A DNA stretch of 64,000 nucleotides, taken from positions 64,001 through 128,000 of the IMG/VR virus record IMGVR_UViG_3300042922_000850. One strand, 5' to 3'. Made by a program: the position numbers and the translations under genes. The notes beneath the pieces were generated by a model. The model had not been told where the DNA came from. It saw only the letters and a program-made list of their open reading frames with translations, and did no database searches. This document shows positions 1 through 10,137 of this stretch, one piece after another (positions within the stretch are counted from its first letter, which is position 1; each line of letters begins with the position of its first letter). The DNA is from a virus.

Positions 1-1
1 T

Positions 2-409
2 AAAACCTCTGAATATGTTCAAGACAACGACCGTCTTGCTATTGTTCCAAGGAAAGAAGACGAAGAGATATTCAGAGATAAATTAAAGGCTTATAAGGGT
101 AAATTAAAGGTATTTAAGGTAAAGAGTGATGTGCATATCAGGTGGATAAATCTGTGCAAAGAACGCAATTTAAGCGTTCCCATCCGTATGAGACTAATTG
201 ATTATTTTCCTGTTAACAGAAGTGCGAAAAGCTCTATTGGTCCCATTGATGGAGTTCTGTTTTGTTATTATGAAACGGATGGTAACTTCTTTGCGGCGAA
301 TAATTATAAACTTCCTGATGGATTTGAGGAAATTAAAGCGAGCGAGTATTGGAAAGCTATCGAGGATTATTATGAAAGATCAAACGAACCAATGCCTAAA
401 GGAGTGTAG
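2..409 (+). CDS. hypothetical protein, 5'-truncated by window edge
   Basis: Frame of ORF 131..409 stays open back to position 2. Confidence 0.7.
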   Translation, partial: KTSEYVQDNDRLAIVPRKEDEEIFRDKLKAYKGKLKVFKVKSDVHIRWINLCKERNLSVPIRMRLIDYFPVNRSAKSSIGPIDGVLFCYYETDGNFFAANNYKLPDGFEEIKASEYWKAIEDYYERSNEPMPKGV

Positions 410-412
410 ACC

Positions 413-1090
413 ATGACTGGACGAGAATTAATTAAGTATCTATTGGATGGGTTTCCGTTAGACCAAGAAACAGGAATAGATGGATTCTATTCGTTACCAA
501 ATCAAGATCGTATATACCCAATGGCAAAGATAACTGGTAACACATCAGATGGTTATCATACATTTGATGAACTTTACGCACACCGTACGGTTTTGTTTGC
601 TGTAATCTGCAATCAAAACCACGGCATCTCTTGGAGATCAAAACTTCACAATGACGGCACTATGTTTGAAGGTATGTTTATCGCCGGAATGGACTTGCCA
701 TATTATGGTCAGGTGACATACCATTGCGAAGATAAGTATTGGGATTTATTTAATGGTAGTCAGATATTACTGCATGCTCCTGCATGGGATGGCCATCAGC
801 CTAATGATGTAATTGAAAGAATGACCTCGTATAGAAATATAGAGGTCATGCGCAATAACCAAGAACTCGTTAACCATGTAGGTTTGGTAGCTGTTACGGA
901 AATGGCTGCATTTTATTTTAATCAAGCTATTCAACAGCAGTACAAAGACCTTAATTTAAATGCCGATCTCCAGAAACAATATTTTGGAACGAAATTGCTG
1001 ACATTCTTCCCGGAAGATTTTAAACGTATTGATGAAAGATTCAGAATGTCCAGGGAATGGGTTAATGAAATACAAAAATACTTAAACTAA
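413..1090 (+). CDS. WDGH-motif phage protein
   Basis: SDGYHTFDELYAHR and APAWDGH motifs. Confidence 0.7.
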   Translation: MTGRELIKYLLDGFPLDQETGIDGFYSLPNQDRIYPMAKITGNTSDGYHTFDELYAHRTVLFAVICNQNHGISWRSKLHNDGTMFEGMFIAGMDLPYYGQVTYHCEDKYWDLFNGSQILLHAPAWDGHQPNDVIERMTSYRNIEVMRNNQELVNHVGLVAVTEMAAFYFNQAIQQQYKDLNLNADLQKQYFGTKLLTFFPEDFKRIDERFRMSREWVNEIQKYLN

Positions 1091-1104
1091 GTGGGGGGAC
1101 TATT

Positions 1105-1794
1105 ATGGATAACGACAAACAAAAAATTATTATTCACACAAAAGGTAAGAGATTTTCATTAGATCTAGAGCCTACAGAAGCAGATGACATGTTCTTTGCG
1201 CTTTTAAAAACAGTGGTGACAGCAAGTTCTGATGTGAACTCATCACCGATGTTAAAAGAACTATTCGAGCAGCACCGTAACTCTTCGATAGTTTCAACTA
1301 AGGCGATAGAAGAAGGAAGCGCCTCTGTAGAAGACTCCGAGGATGTTCCTTCTAATATAACAGAAGCTTGCGATGAAACCCAGAGTAGATTAGCTTTTGT
1401 TGACATCCCATATGAAATCAAAGACGAGATAAGAAACAGAGATACCGAAACGCAGACAGTTGCAGACAAGGTGATGGAACAAGCTCGTAATGCCGGAAAC
1501 CGAGGATACCGTGGATTTGTAATGATCCGATGTAAACATTGCGGAGCGGTAAAGGCCACTGCACTGAAAGATTATCTGACGACATTCAAATGTCGCGAAT
1601 GTGGGACCGAAACTGAGTTAGAAAATTTGAAAACGATGTACGTGAACTGTGAATGTGGCGGCAGATATAGATACCAAACAAATTTTACAGCCGATGACAC
1701 ACTGTTTGACGTAGATTGTCTCGGCTGTAATTCACCGGTTACTGTAAGATATAATAGTAACTCTGAAACATTTCAGTCATTAAATCGATATTAA
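1105..1794 (+). CDS. multi-zinc-ribbon protein
   Basis: CKHC, CREC, CEC, CLGC in the C-terminal half. Confidence 0.7.
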   Translation: MDNDKQKIIIHTKGKRFSLDLEPTEADDMFFALLKTVVTASSDVNSSPMLKELFEQHRNSSIVSTKAIEEGSASVEDSEDVPSNITEACDETQSRLAFVDIPYEIKDEIRNRDTETQTVADKVMEQARNAGNRGYRGFVMIRCKHCGAVKATALKDYLTTFKCRECGTETELENLKTMYVNCECGGRYRYQTNFTADDTLFDVDCLGCNSPVTVRYNSNSETFQSLNRY

Positions 1795-1816
1795 TAATCA
1801 AACGGAGGAATTAATT

Positions 1817-2149
1817 ATGAATGAATGTGATTTTGATATTCTTCTCCTTGAATTAATTAACAAGGGGATACTACAACTAGTAAAGAATATGGACGATTGT
1901 ACAATTTCTGATGTGCATCATAAAGACCTTGGACATTTTGTAATAAGAACGTCTGAGGAGGAAGTCTATTATCTATCTGTTAAAAAGTCGGCAGGAGCGA
2001 TAAGCAATAGACTTGTTATTAATACCAGAAATGTCATCGTTCCATCGGTGGCAGCCGATACCGGCTATAACGACGCAGCCACGACGACAGCTACCATAAC
2101 CACCACGGCCACGACTAAGAACAAAGCTTGTCAGCCACCAGTATTTTAA
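1817..2149 (+). CDS. hypothetical protein, Thr-rich tail
   Basis: GGAGG RBS, ORF. Confidence 0.6.
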   Translation: MNECDFDILLLELINKGILQLVKNMDDCTISDVHHKDLGHFVIRTSEEEVYYLSVKKSAGAISNRLVINTRNVIVPSVAADTGYNDAATTTATITTTATTKNKACQPPVF

Positions 2150-2195
2150 AAATAAGAAGATTAACTGGGTTATAACCCAGTTAATCTTCTTATTT
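2150..2195. terminator. 46-bp perfect palindrome, probable terminator
   Basis: AAATAAGAAGATTAACTGGGTTA|TAACCCAGTTAATCTTCTTATTT directly after stop codon. Confidence 0.7.
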
Positions 2196-2205
2196 AAATT
2201 TTCTC

Positions 2206-2220
2206 GTATAAGTAAGAAAA
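2206..2220 (+). promoter_or_regulatory. class I promoter-like motif GTATAAGTAAGAAAA
   Basis: One of about 35 copies found at transcription-unit starts. Confidence 0.7.
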
Positions 2221-2270
2221 GAGGGAATAATATTATTCCCTCTTTTCTAAATAATCATGGGAGGAATGTT

Positions 2271-2429
2271 ATGTATGTAGAAATGGAACGTAAAAGAAAG
2301 AGGCGCAAAAAAATACTGCGAATTACATTTAATATTATCGGTGTAACTGTCGTGTGTTTGTTTGTCGCTGTCGTCGTTGTTGGCGCAATTTATGTAGCGG
2401 ATATATTTACAAACCAAGGAGGATATTAG
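2271..2429 (+). CDS. small membrane protein (52 aa, not in ORF track)
   Basis: GGAGG RBS; basic N-terminus followed by a hydrophobic helix. Confidence 0.65.
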   Translation: MYVEMERKRKRRKKILRITFNIIGVTVVCLFVAVVVVGAIYVADIFTNQGGY

Positions 2430-2430
2430 G

Positions 2431-2748
2431 ATGGAAGGGCCGGAAGTTGCTCAAGTTTTTCGTAAAATCGCGAGTGCGCTAGAGAAAGGTGAAATGGTAT
2501 ACAAAATCAATATTACCAGTGATTTTGTATGGCCGGAGAATTGTGTTATCGTTGTGAACAAATCAGAAGATGTTCCTGGAATTGATATAACCTTTAAACA
2601 GATTGAACTATCAACAGAAAAGTATCTGGCAATGAAGCTTATCAGCGATAAAGTGATGCCACTTAATGGCGACACCAAAGTCTGTATTTCAGTCGAATCT
2701 GATGTGTTGCCAGTTGTGTCGGAATTATCAGAATTATTCAAAAATTAG
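2431..2748 (+). CDS. hypothetical protein
   Basis: RBS, operon packing. Confidence 0.65.
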   Translation: MEGPEVAQVFRKIASALEKGEMVYKINITSDFVWPENCVIVVNKSEDVPGIDITFKQIELSTEKYLAMKLISDKVMPLNGDTKVCISVESDVLPVVSELSELFKN

Positions 2749-2762
2749 GGAGGGTTATTAAA

Positions 2763-3776
2763 ATGAAATGTATTAAACCAAGCTTTGAGATTTCAATTCA
2801 ACCGGAGGATCCAAAGGGAGTTCTGCAACACATTGAGAAAGTTGCAAGGGTGTGTTATAAGTCCGAGGGGAATATTACAGAAGATGGCGAGAGCGCAAAG
2901 AAACTTTGCACCAATTTAATTAGTAGGGGCCACGAAGCTATGATCGAACACTCTTCTTACATACTTCGCATGAGTGACACATTTTATAAAATCTGCACAA
3001 ATTATATTACAAACTTCGAAGAACATGGCTATAATTTGTTTCTTCGACGTACGTCAGATGGCAATTCACGCCATATTGTTTCCGGAAACGTAAGAGCGTG
3101 GAGAGATTTTATGAGAGCCGCTATCAATATAACTGGTTCTATACCTCCGTGGCTTAGTGTGTTCTTTACTAATGATGTGGACAAAGTGAATTTGTTCGGA
3201 GATTTACCTTTTGTTCATAGTGGACCACAAGATGACGCATGTTGTGAAAAAGAGGTATATATCATTGGCAAAAACGATCTAGAGACCTTGGTAGAAAAAA
3301 GAGTTCATTATGATATCTCTGTAAAATTTATCGTCGACCGCGGCGTATCTCATGAATTAGTTCGCCACAGAGTTGCTAGTTTCGGACAAGAAAGTACAAG
3401 ATACTGCAACTACAGTAACGATAAATTCGGTAGTAGTATTACCGTAATTGATCTTTTCGGCGGCATTAAATTAGATGCCGCGATGGGGAAATTAACATTG
3501 AGCCAGGTTGCCAGTATTTTGGCTGAATGGGAAGCTGCAATGGAAGATGCGGAGAAACATTATCTCAAAATGATGGAACTCGGTGCAACCGCACAAATTT
3601 CTCGTTCCGTTCTTCCGAACTCAACAAAAACCGAAATTACATTTACATCTAATATAGGTGAGTGGCAACAATTCTTCTCTCTGAGATTACCTGCTACGGC
3701 ACATCCTCAAATGAGAGAGGTAACGAGTGGTTTACATAAGAATTTTGTGGAATTATTTCCAGATTCATTTCAATAA
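2763..3776 (+). CDS. thyX: flavin-dependent thymidylate synthase
   Basis: SHELVRHRVASFGQESTRYCNY ThyX motif, GHEAMIEH, AHPQMRE. Confidence 0.95.
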   Translation: MKCIKPSFEISIQPEDPKGVLQHIEKVARVCYKSEGNITEDGESAKKLCTNLISRGHEAMIEHSSYILRMSDTFYKICTNYITNFEEHGYNLFLRRTSDGNSRHIVSGNVRAWRDFMRAAINITGSIPPWLSVFFTNDVDKVNLFGDLPFVHSGPQDDACCEKEVYIIGKNDLETLVEKRVHYDISVKFIVDRGVSHELVRHRVASFGQESTRYCNYSNDKFGSSITVIDLFGGIKLDAAMGKLTLSQVASILAEWEAAMEDAEKHYLKMMELGATAQISRSVLPNSTKTEITFTSNIGEWQQFFSLRLPATAHPQMREVTSGLHKNFVELFPDSFQ

Positions 3777-3797
3777 CACTGCGCAATTATATTTCCA

Positions 3798-3830
3798 AGA
3801 ATGGCTGTGAGTTCGTTTCACAGCCATTCT
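3798..3830 (+). terminator. hairpin after thyX
   Basis: AGAATGGCTGTGA/TCACAGCCATTCT arms. Confidence 0.6.
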
Positions 3831-3849
3831 ATTTTAAAGGAGAATTGAC

Positions 3850-4047
3850 ATGAGGAAAGTAATAAAAGTAATCTTTGGTATTATCATCCTAAGTGTGTTT
3901 GGTTTGTTCTGCATTAATAATATTGCCAATACAGCAGACAAAAACTTACAGGCGGTTGCTCTCGGGCTTGCAATTGGGTTTGTGATTTTCATATATGCTT
4001 GGGTGTGCGAAATAATTGATATGATAAGTAAGTGTAGAAAGGGATAA
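3850..4047 (+). CDS. small two-TM membrane protein
   Basis: Two hydrophobic segments, RBS. Confidence 0.65.
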   Translation: MRKVIKVIFGIIILSVFGLFCINNIANTADKNLQAVALGLAIGFVIFIYAWVCEIIDMISKCRKG

Positions 4048-4053
4048 GCTGCC

Positions 4054-4488
4054 ATGAATAAAAAGGAATACATCTTTTTGGTAAAAGATGTTGAGGCCGA
4101 GTACCAAAATCATGTTATACTCACAACTGATGTGGAGAAAGCTATGTTGAATTTCTGCCAAGAGATGCCGAATTATAGTTATGGCAGACAGCTCGAAGTG
4201 TGGTGCGACAACGAATGCATAATTCACCAATTAAAATATGTAGCGTCTCAAATTGGCAGGATATCAGAACTTCTAAGGACCACTTTGGAAGAAGATAGTC
4301 CTGAATTACTGGATATCATGTTAGGCTATCTTCTAAAGGAAAAGGCGCGTTACGAAGATAGCCAGCGATTAGCAAAAGAGGCGGAGGAACAGCGACAGCG
4401 AGAAATCGATTTAAGGCAGCTTGAGGCTCTAAAAGAAAAGTATCCTGATCAATTTCTTAGGCAAATAAGTAAACGGTTTAATTTCTAG
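4054..4488 (+). CDS. hypothetical protein
   Basis: ORF in operon. Confidence 0.65.
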   Translation: MNKKEYIFLVKDVEAEYQNHVILTTDVEKAMLNFCQEMPNYSYGRQLEVWCDNECIIHQLKYVASQIGRISELLRTTLEEDSPELLDIMLGYLLKEKARYEDSQRLAKEAEEQRQREIDLRQLEALKEKYPDQFLRQISKRFNF

Positions 4489-4513
4489 GCTTCTACGCTG
4501 AAAAGGAGAGACA

Positions 4514-4855
4514 ATGGAAACAAGGCAAATAACAGAAGTAAGATTATGTATTTTGAAATTAAATATGATGAGAAACGAACATGTAGAAAATGTGGATATA
4601 GCTGCTATATCCACATCGCTCACAGCTCTGCAAAATTGGTATGAAAGTTTATTGGTACCAGTATATAAAGAGCCGGACGAAGGTATTTGCGGCCCGAGAA
4701 CACTTTGCAAAAGCTTTCGAAAAGGTAGTCCATTGGAATATTACAACCCGATAAGTTGGGGACACGGAGGAATATCATCACAATGGGTCCCTATAGATTC
4801 ATTAAGTGAGATACGGTCGCAATTTTATTTTGTTGAAGAAGGAGGGTTTAATTAA
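4514..4855 (+). CDS. hypothetical protein
   Basis: AAGGAG RBS. Confidence 0.65.
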   Translation: METRQITEVRLCILKLNMMRNEHVENVDIAAISTSLTALQNWYESLLVPVYKEPDEGICGPRTLCKSFRKGSPLEYYNPISWGHGGISSQWVPIDSLSEIRSQFYFVEEGGFN

Positions 4856-5106
4856 TGTTTGGGAGAAAGTTCTACTGGTATTATGTATTGACCGATGGCG
4901 ATGGAATTAGATGCGGTGTTGCAATTACAAAGAGCAACGCATTTCCACTTAGTGGCGTAGTTGAGTTATACAAAAACAACTTTGGGCGCACCCATAATGT
5001 CACCTTTTTTGCAAGAATTAGCAAAAAAGAAAGTGAGCAGATTAAAGATGAAAAGGAGACGGAATTCCTTTATGACGGGGCCAATGTTTCTGCGAAAGAA
5101 GGATGA
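4855..5106 (+). CDS. hypothetical protein
   Basis: TAATG coupling, GGAGG RBS. Confidence 0.65.
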   Translation: MFGRKFYWYYVLTDGDGIRCGVAITKSNAFPLSGVVELYKNNFGRTHNVTFFARISKKESEQIKDEKETEFLYDGANVSAKEG

Positions 5107-5110
5107 AACT

Positions 5111-5452
5111 ATGAGTGTGATTGAAAAAGTGAAAGAGACTATTCAAGATATTGTAGAAAACACTGTTGCGTCAAAAGAAATGCAAGGATTTACGGCCACA
5201 GAGTTAATAGAACTACAAAATAAGTTAAGAAAGGTAGTATACCGGTCTCTCGGAAATGTACTTAGTCAGAGAGATGATATTTTTGCCATCCGTTTTGCCG
5301 TTGATATCGACGATACTATGTTGTCGGAATACAGACAACATAGTATCTTAATGACGAACCAGAGATTAGAGTTGCAGCAATTTGATCCCGTAGCAGAGGA
5401 TTGGATAAAATTAAGGGATATAAAAGGAGAAGATGATTATGAGCCAAGATAA
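5111..5452 (+). CDS. hypothetical protein
   Basis: Start reassigned to ATG 5111 after AAGGA. Confidence 0.6.
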   Translation: MSVIEKVKETIQDIVENTVASKEMQGFTATELIELQNKLRKVVYRSLGNVLSQRDDIFAIRFAVDIDDTMLSEYRQHSILMTNQRLELQQFDPVAEDWIKLRDIKGEDDYEPR

Positions 5453-6224
5453 TGAAAACAAATCAAATGAGACGTTAGAGTCTGCTGTTCTGCAAGCAAT
5501 TACCGTAGAGTTACAAAGCGATTTAATTCCCAATCTTGTAAAGAAATACCTGGAAAAAGGTATTTCTGATGTTCTTGCAGACTTAACTGGATACGGCGGG
5601 GATGTTAGAAAAGTATTGAAACAGAAACTCAGGGATACTATGGTTCCTTGCATTGAACAAAATGATTTTAATGTATACATGGTTAAGCTAGACACTGTGT
5701 TAACCGAAATTATCAACAAAACATCACTTATTGAGAATAAAGAGATCCTTGATAATTTCAAGGATCTGATGGCAGAGCCCGATAAAGGGTCAATCAAGCT
5801 CTCAGAAATCTTCGTAGAGTGGCAGAAACATGTAGCTGCTAATGTGAACACATCAGGATTAGATGCGAATTGTGAAGATGGGGAACCAAGCTACGAATTG
5901 GTTGAGGTTACCATGAGTGTTGATATCCAGAACAGAGGCAGCGGATATTATAAATCTAATTATGATGATGCAACAGTATTCTTTAAATGCGAGCACGACC
6001 CTGAAATGGACTTCGAATTTCGTCTTTATAAGCATAAGGACACGAAGGTATGGAAAAACATTGGTCTTAACGAATATTGCAACGTAAATGGGTTAAGACA
6101 TCTTGGTGATTTCCAAATCTTTTTGATGAAACTAAATCGAGCCTTTGTTGAGATTGAAATAGACGATCAGGAAGATAGTGCCGAAGTTGAACCAGATGCT
6201 AAACCGGAATGGGAATTAAACTGA
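5433..6224 (+). CDS. acidic hypothetical phage protein
   Basis: 263-aa ORF. Confidence 0.7.
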   Translation: MIMSQDNENKSNETLESAVLQAITVELQSDLIPNLVKKYLEKGISDVLADLTGYGGDVRKVLKQKLRDTMVPCIEQNDFNVYMVKLDTVLTEIINKTSLIENKEILDNFKDLMAEPDKGSIKLSEIFVEWQKHVAANVNTSGLDANCEDGEPSYELVEVTMSVDIQNRGSGYYKSNYDDATVFFKCEHDPEMDFEFRLYKHKDTKVWKNIGLNEYCNVNGLRHLGDFQIFLMKLNRAFVEIEIDDQEDSAEVEPDAKPEWELN

Positions 6225-6268
6225 CCCGAGGTTGATAAGAAAGATGCAGAGAAGGGAGACAATAACTA

Positions 6269-6781
6269 GTGGAGATTGAAAGAAAATGGCTGTTTGATGA
6301 TTTATTTTATAGAGACATAAAGGAAGATGTAAAGCGTGTTGGATATAATAGATATGGCCAAGCGTATTTGAGCATCTGTCCAGAAATACGAATACGCTGG
6401 AAACAGGGTCTTAATGGTGAGAAAAGCTATAAACTCTGTGTTAAGAGCAAGGGCAAAATTGAGCGCATTGAGGTAGAAAAAGATTTAACAGAAGATGAGT
6501 TTAATCAACTCATGATTGTAGGGAATTTAAAGGCCGAGGATTTTATCATAAAGGATACTTTGTTATTTGAGGATGCCGGCGGTAATATCCTGGCTGTTGG
6601 TAATACAGATATTTACCGTGACACAAGGTTTGTCTATGGAGAAATTGAATTCAAGTCTGTTGAAGAAGCTAACGCTTTCGTTACACCGGAATGGTTTGGC
6701 AAAGAAGTAACAGAAGATGATTATTATAAAATGGCGAACTATTGGAAGCGTACCAGAATTGATACTATTGAAGCGAGGTAA
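6269..6781 (+). CDS. CYTH (triphosphate tunnel) domain protein
   Basis: N-terminal EIERKW, QAYL, RIR, EIEF and PEWFGKEVT motifs. Confidence 0.85.
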   Translation: MEIERKWLFDDLFYRDIKEDVKRVGYNRYGQAYLSICPEIRIRWKQGLNGEKSYKLCVKSKGKIERIEVEKDLTEDEFNQLMIVGNLKAEDFIIKDTLLFEDAGGNILAVGNTDIYRDTRFVYGEIEFKSVEEANAFVTPEWFGKEVTEDDYYKMANYWKRTRIDTIEAR

Positions 6782-6786
6782 AGCGT

Positions 6787-7332
6787 ATGAAACTCAGAAT
6801 AGGTAATGCCTATTTACTTGATGATGATATTTTCTTAAAAGGGACTATTCAAAAGAAAGGGCTTCGAAAAATATTCGTTCCGGATACAGGCATTGGATGC
6901 GGATTTTCTTACCAAGTTATAACAAGAAAATCCATCGGGAAGAATTTGTTTTTTAGCCTAGAAGATATTAAATCAGATGAGCGTTTAAAGAATTTTGAAA
7001 TTGTAACCGCTGAGAATGTTCTTAAAAATAATGCCACGATCGGAGAGCTTGTTTATATTTATGAGCGCCCTCACGGAGGTTGTGAGCGTGAGGAAAACGC
7101 TCATGCAATGTATACCTATTTTAAAGAGAAGTCTAACGATAATACCGTAATGAAAGCATACTTCTCTTTAGAAACTTGGTTATACGGTGACGGGAAAGAC
7201 AAACCCCTTGAAATAAAGTCTGCAATGTTGTGGGGTGGGCTTATGGTAGCACATAAGCATGGAGATATTTCGTGGGACCAAATGAGAGAGATGTATGGTG
7301 AGTATATAAGCAAGGCAATGAATTTAAGATAA
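6787..7332 (+). CDS. hypothetical protein
   Basis: GAGG RBS, ORF. Confidence 0.65.
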   Translation: MKLRIGNAYLLDDDIFLKGTIQKKGLRKIFVPDTGIGCGFSYQVITRKSIGKNLFFSLEDIKSDERLKNFEIVTAENVLKNNATIGELVYIYERPHGGCEREENAHAMYTYFKEKSNDNTVMKAYFSLETWLYGDGKDKPLEIKSAMLWGGLMVAHKHGDISWDQMREMYGEYISKAMNLR

Positions 7333-7337
7333 ATCTG

Positions 7338-7385
7338 GTATAAGTAATAAAAGGAAGATATCGATATCTTCCTTTTATTACTTAT
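7338..7385 (+). promoter_or_regulatory. class I motif embedded in a 46-bp perfect palindrome
   Basis: ATAAGTAATAAAAGGAAGATATC|GATATCTTCCTTTTATTACTTAT (7340-7385). Confidence 0.7.
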
Positions 7386-7402
7386 TTTAAGGAGGAAAGT
7401 TT

Positions 7403-7657
7403 ATGAGCGCATATGATAACAATGTAAATTCAACACAATCTGCAACAACCGGAATAGGAACTACATACACCTCGGCTGAACAGTCAGTAAGTAGTGCATT
7501 ATTGCCTACGAAGCATGGTTTTGAACAATTCGTAATTCTTCCGACCAAATTAAACACAGGTTGGGTTGGTATCAGTAACACCGCAATTGAAAACAACAAT
7601 CTTCAGCAAGCGCCATCATCTGCAGCTGAACGTGTGAGCCGATTATTTAGTATATAA
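7403..7657 (+). CDS. hypothetical Ser/Thr-rich protein
   Basis: AAGGAGG RBS. Confidence 0.6.
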   Translation: MSAYDNNVNSTQSATTGIGTTYTSAEQSVSSALLPTKHGFEQFVILPTKLNTGWVGISNTAIENNNLQQAPSSAAERVSRLFSI

Positions 7658-7670
7658 GAAAGGCAATGGT

Positions 7671-7922
7671 ATGAAAGAAAATTACTACGCCTTATTAATC
7701 TGTATTCTTCGACCAGTCTCAATCGAAAGAAGCTTGCAGATGATGGTTGATGAAGAATTTACAAGGCAAAGAGATGAAAATATCAATGATGAAGATATCG
7801 AAAGCATGATTAAGATGAAAAAGAGCGGCATGACTTATGGAAAAATCGGTGAGATTTTCGGCCTTGCAGAAAGCGCTACCTATAGGAGAATTAAAAGATA
7901 CAAAGAAAGGATGAAAAAGTAA
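7671..7922 (+). CDS. small HTH DNA-binding protein
   Basis: GMTYGKIGEIFGLAESATYRRIK. Confidence 0.75.
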   Translation: MKENYYALLICILRPVSIERSLQMMVDEEFTRQRDENINDEDIESMIKMKKSGMTYGKIGEIFGLAESATYRRIKRYKERMKK

Positions 7923-8021
7923 GATGCTATTACGAGTAACAAATCTGGGAGAGAACCGTATAACGTCCAGAGGTTATATGTGGTCGTTATCTTCTTCAAT
8001 AACAGCAAGGAGGAATAGAAT

Positions 8022-8507
8022 TTGGGGAAAGTAATTGGCGGCACCGGACATAGGCCTGATAAATTATATGGTTACGATATGAGCAACCCAAAGTATCGCA
8101 CTATGATAGATTGGGTTAAGAAGGAGCTGGTTAGCGAAGATTGCGATGAAGCGATATGCGGTATGGCGCTTGGCTTTGACCAGATTTTTGGTCTTGCTGT
8201 CATCGAATTAAAAGATGAAGGGTATGATATCAAATTGCATTGCGCCATACCTTGCCTGAACTATACTAAGAAGTGGTACAAACAATCTGATATTAACCGC
8301 TATAATTTCATCCTCTCAAGAGCTGATGTTATCAAAATAGTACATGAGGATGAATATAAACCATGGTATCTCGATGATCGCAATAAATATGTTGTGGACT
8401 TATCTGATAAAATGCTTGCTGCGTGGAACGGTAGCAAAGGTGGCACATATAATTGTGTGAAGTACGCGATGAAAAATAATAAACCAATCATTCAAATGGT
8501 ATTCTAA
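8022..8507 (+). CDS. SLOG-family protein (YspA/DUF1273-like)
   Basis: TGHRP, GMALGFD, RNKYVVD and GGTYNCVKYA motifs. Confidence 0.85.
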   Translation: MGKVIGGTGHRPDKLYGYDMSNPKYRTMIDWVKKELVSEDCDEAICGMALGFDQIFGLAVIELKDEGYDIKLHCAIPCLNYTKKWYKQSDINRYNFILSRADVIKIVHEDEYKPWYLDDRNKYVVDLSDKMLAAWNGSKGGTYNCVKYAMKNNKPIIQMVF

Positions 8508-8522
8508 GGAGGATTTATCGGT

Positions 8523-9458
8523 ATGGCAAAGAAACAAACTATCTTGATAACGGAAAGCAATATAAAACAAATTTATTCCAGGTTAGGCGCATTTTTCCGC
8601 TCATGCGAGCATTGTAAACAATATAAGTCAACATCTCCAAGCGGTGAAGCCATTGGAGATGTTTACCCCGTACATAGTAACCAAGCAAATGATTTAATGT
8701 TATCTGCAGACAAGCCCGCGATCCATTTATTTGCGTCTATCTCTGTAAGCATTTATCCAGGGGAACGTATTTATATCGACTCAAACAAGATTATTATCCA
8801 GAAAAAAAATAAAGAACTAGTGACGAAAACTAAAGGTAAAACCTTTGGTGAAAATTGTTGCTATATAATTTTCGAGAGGGATTATAAATATTATCGCTCG
8901 GTTCAGGTTGATGGTGTAAAATACAGAGTTCTCTACAATTTACTTGGTACCACCTTAAATAAATGTGTCCAGAAACTTATTGAATCTGATGAGAAGGGGG
9001 TTAAAGCTATGATAGAATTTAATGGCCATAGCTTTTATTCTGACACAGTAACATTAGATAGTGCTTATATGGAGATACAGGGTAAAACGTATTCGGAATT
9101 TGTTGCGGATCAGGAAACAGCGCTTGCGCGGTGGAATAAAGAAAGGGCAGAAGACGAAGCTCTTTTACCGGCTAGGATAGAAAGACTTAAAAAAGCCGGT
9201 AGGGAATTAATTCACAAAGAACTTTGGGAAGATTGGGATAAGATGGTTACGGTTAGAGCTAAAGATATATACAAGGGATTTGAAGTCGATAGCTCGTTGA
9301 AAATCATCAAAGTACTGACAGAGGACGAAGACATTGAAAGTGCTGTCAAAGTAATTAGATCACAAGGCCATTCAGGAATGTCTTACAGCCTCGTACGTGA
9401 GATTGTAAGACGGTTTGGGGTTAGAGGTGAAGAATTTGCCGAGGCTTGCGGAAAATGA
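8523..9458 (+). CDS. hypothetical protein
   Basis: 311-aa ORF, AAGGAGG RBS. Confidence 0.7.
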   Translation: MAKKQTILITESNIKQIYSRLGAFFRSCEHCKQYKSTSPSGEAIGDVYPVHSNQANDLMLSADKPAIHLFASISVSIYPGERIYIDSNKIIIQKKNKELVTKTKGKTFGENCCYIIFERDYKYYRSVQVDGVKYRVLYNLLGTTLNKCVQKLIESDEKGVKAMIEFNGHSFYSDTVTLDSAYMEIQGKTYSEFVADQETALARWNKERAEDEALLPARIERLKKAGRELIHKELWEDWDKMVTVRAKDIYKGFEVDSSLKIIKVLTEDEDIESAVKVIRSQGHSGMSYSLVREIVRRFGVRGEEFAEACGK

Positions 9459-9487
9459 GTTTAATAGAGATTTGGGAGGATTAATTT

Positions 9488-9652
9488 ATGTCGGTGCTTT
9501 GGTGTGAATTCTTAAATATGTGGTGTAGCGACATTGATGATGAGGATAGAAGCGAGATGTGCCCTCATGGTCCAGACAGTAAGTGTAAAGGATGTTGCGA
9601 TAGCATGGATATTCCTTCGTCTAAAGAAGAAATGAGGAGGCAGTGGGAATGA
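9488..9652 (+). CDS. small Cys-rich protein (54 aa, not in ORF track)
   Basis: GGAGG RBS; six Cys residues. Confidence 0.55.
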   Translation: MSVLWCEFLNMWCSDIDDEDRSEMCPHGPDSKCKGCCDSMDIPSSKEEMRRQWE

Positions 9653-9858
9653 TGAGGAAATGTCAGGGTTCTTATTATGTAAATAAAGTGTGGGCTGCAT
9701 TTGAGGATGGATTGTTCCATCCTTGGGGCTCAGACTATGAAGAGTTTGATAATGGTGCGGTTAACTTTACTGTGGCCATTGTTGAGTTACCTAATGGAGG
9801 AATAATAGAGGTCCTGCCAGAAAAATTACGATTTACAGATAAGGATGAACAGCTATGA
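9643..9858 (+). CDS. hypothetical phage protein
   Basis: FHPWG...AIVELPNG; start uncertain. Confidence 0.6.
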   Translation: MGMMRKCQGSYYVNKVWAAFEDGLFHPWGSDYEEFDNGAVNFTVAIVELPNGGIIEVLPEKLRFTDKDEQL

Positions 9859-10136
9859 GCGAAGAAGAAATGAAAGCAAAGCCACCGAGAGAGCGTATTC
9901 TGGAATACATCAGTGCATACATATTCGAGCATGGGTATTCTCCATGCATAAGAGAGATTGGCGCGGCAGTTGGCTTAAAATCAATGGCATCAGTTAGTTA
10001 TCATGTTAATACCATGTTGTCTATGGGAACGCTAGAGACCGATACAGAGCCAGGAACACCTAGAGCGCTTCGTGTTCCTGGCTTAATGGTTATACGGCGC
10101 GAAGAATTCAAGAAATACGAGAAAAAAGAGGTGTAA
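9855..10136 (+). CDS. LexA-type DNA-binding domain protein without protease domain
   Basis: ILEYI..YIFEHGYSPCIREIGAAVGLKS..SVSYH...PRALR. Confidence 0.85.
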   Translation: MSEEEMKAKPPRERILEYISAYIFEHGYSPCIREIGAAVGLKSMASVSYHVNTMLSMGTLETDTEPGTPRALRVPGLMVIRREEFKKYEKKEV

Positions 10137-10137
10137 A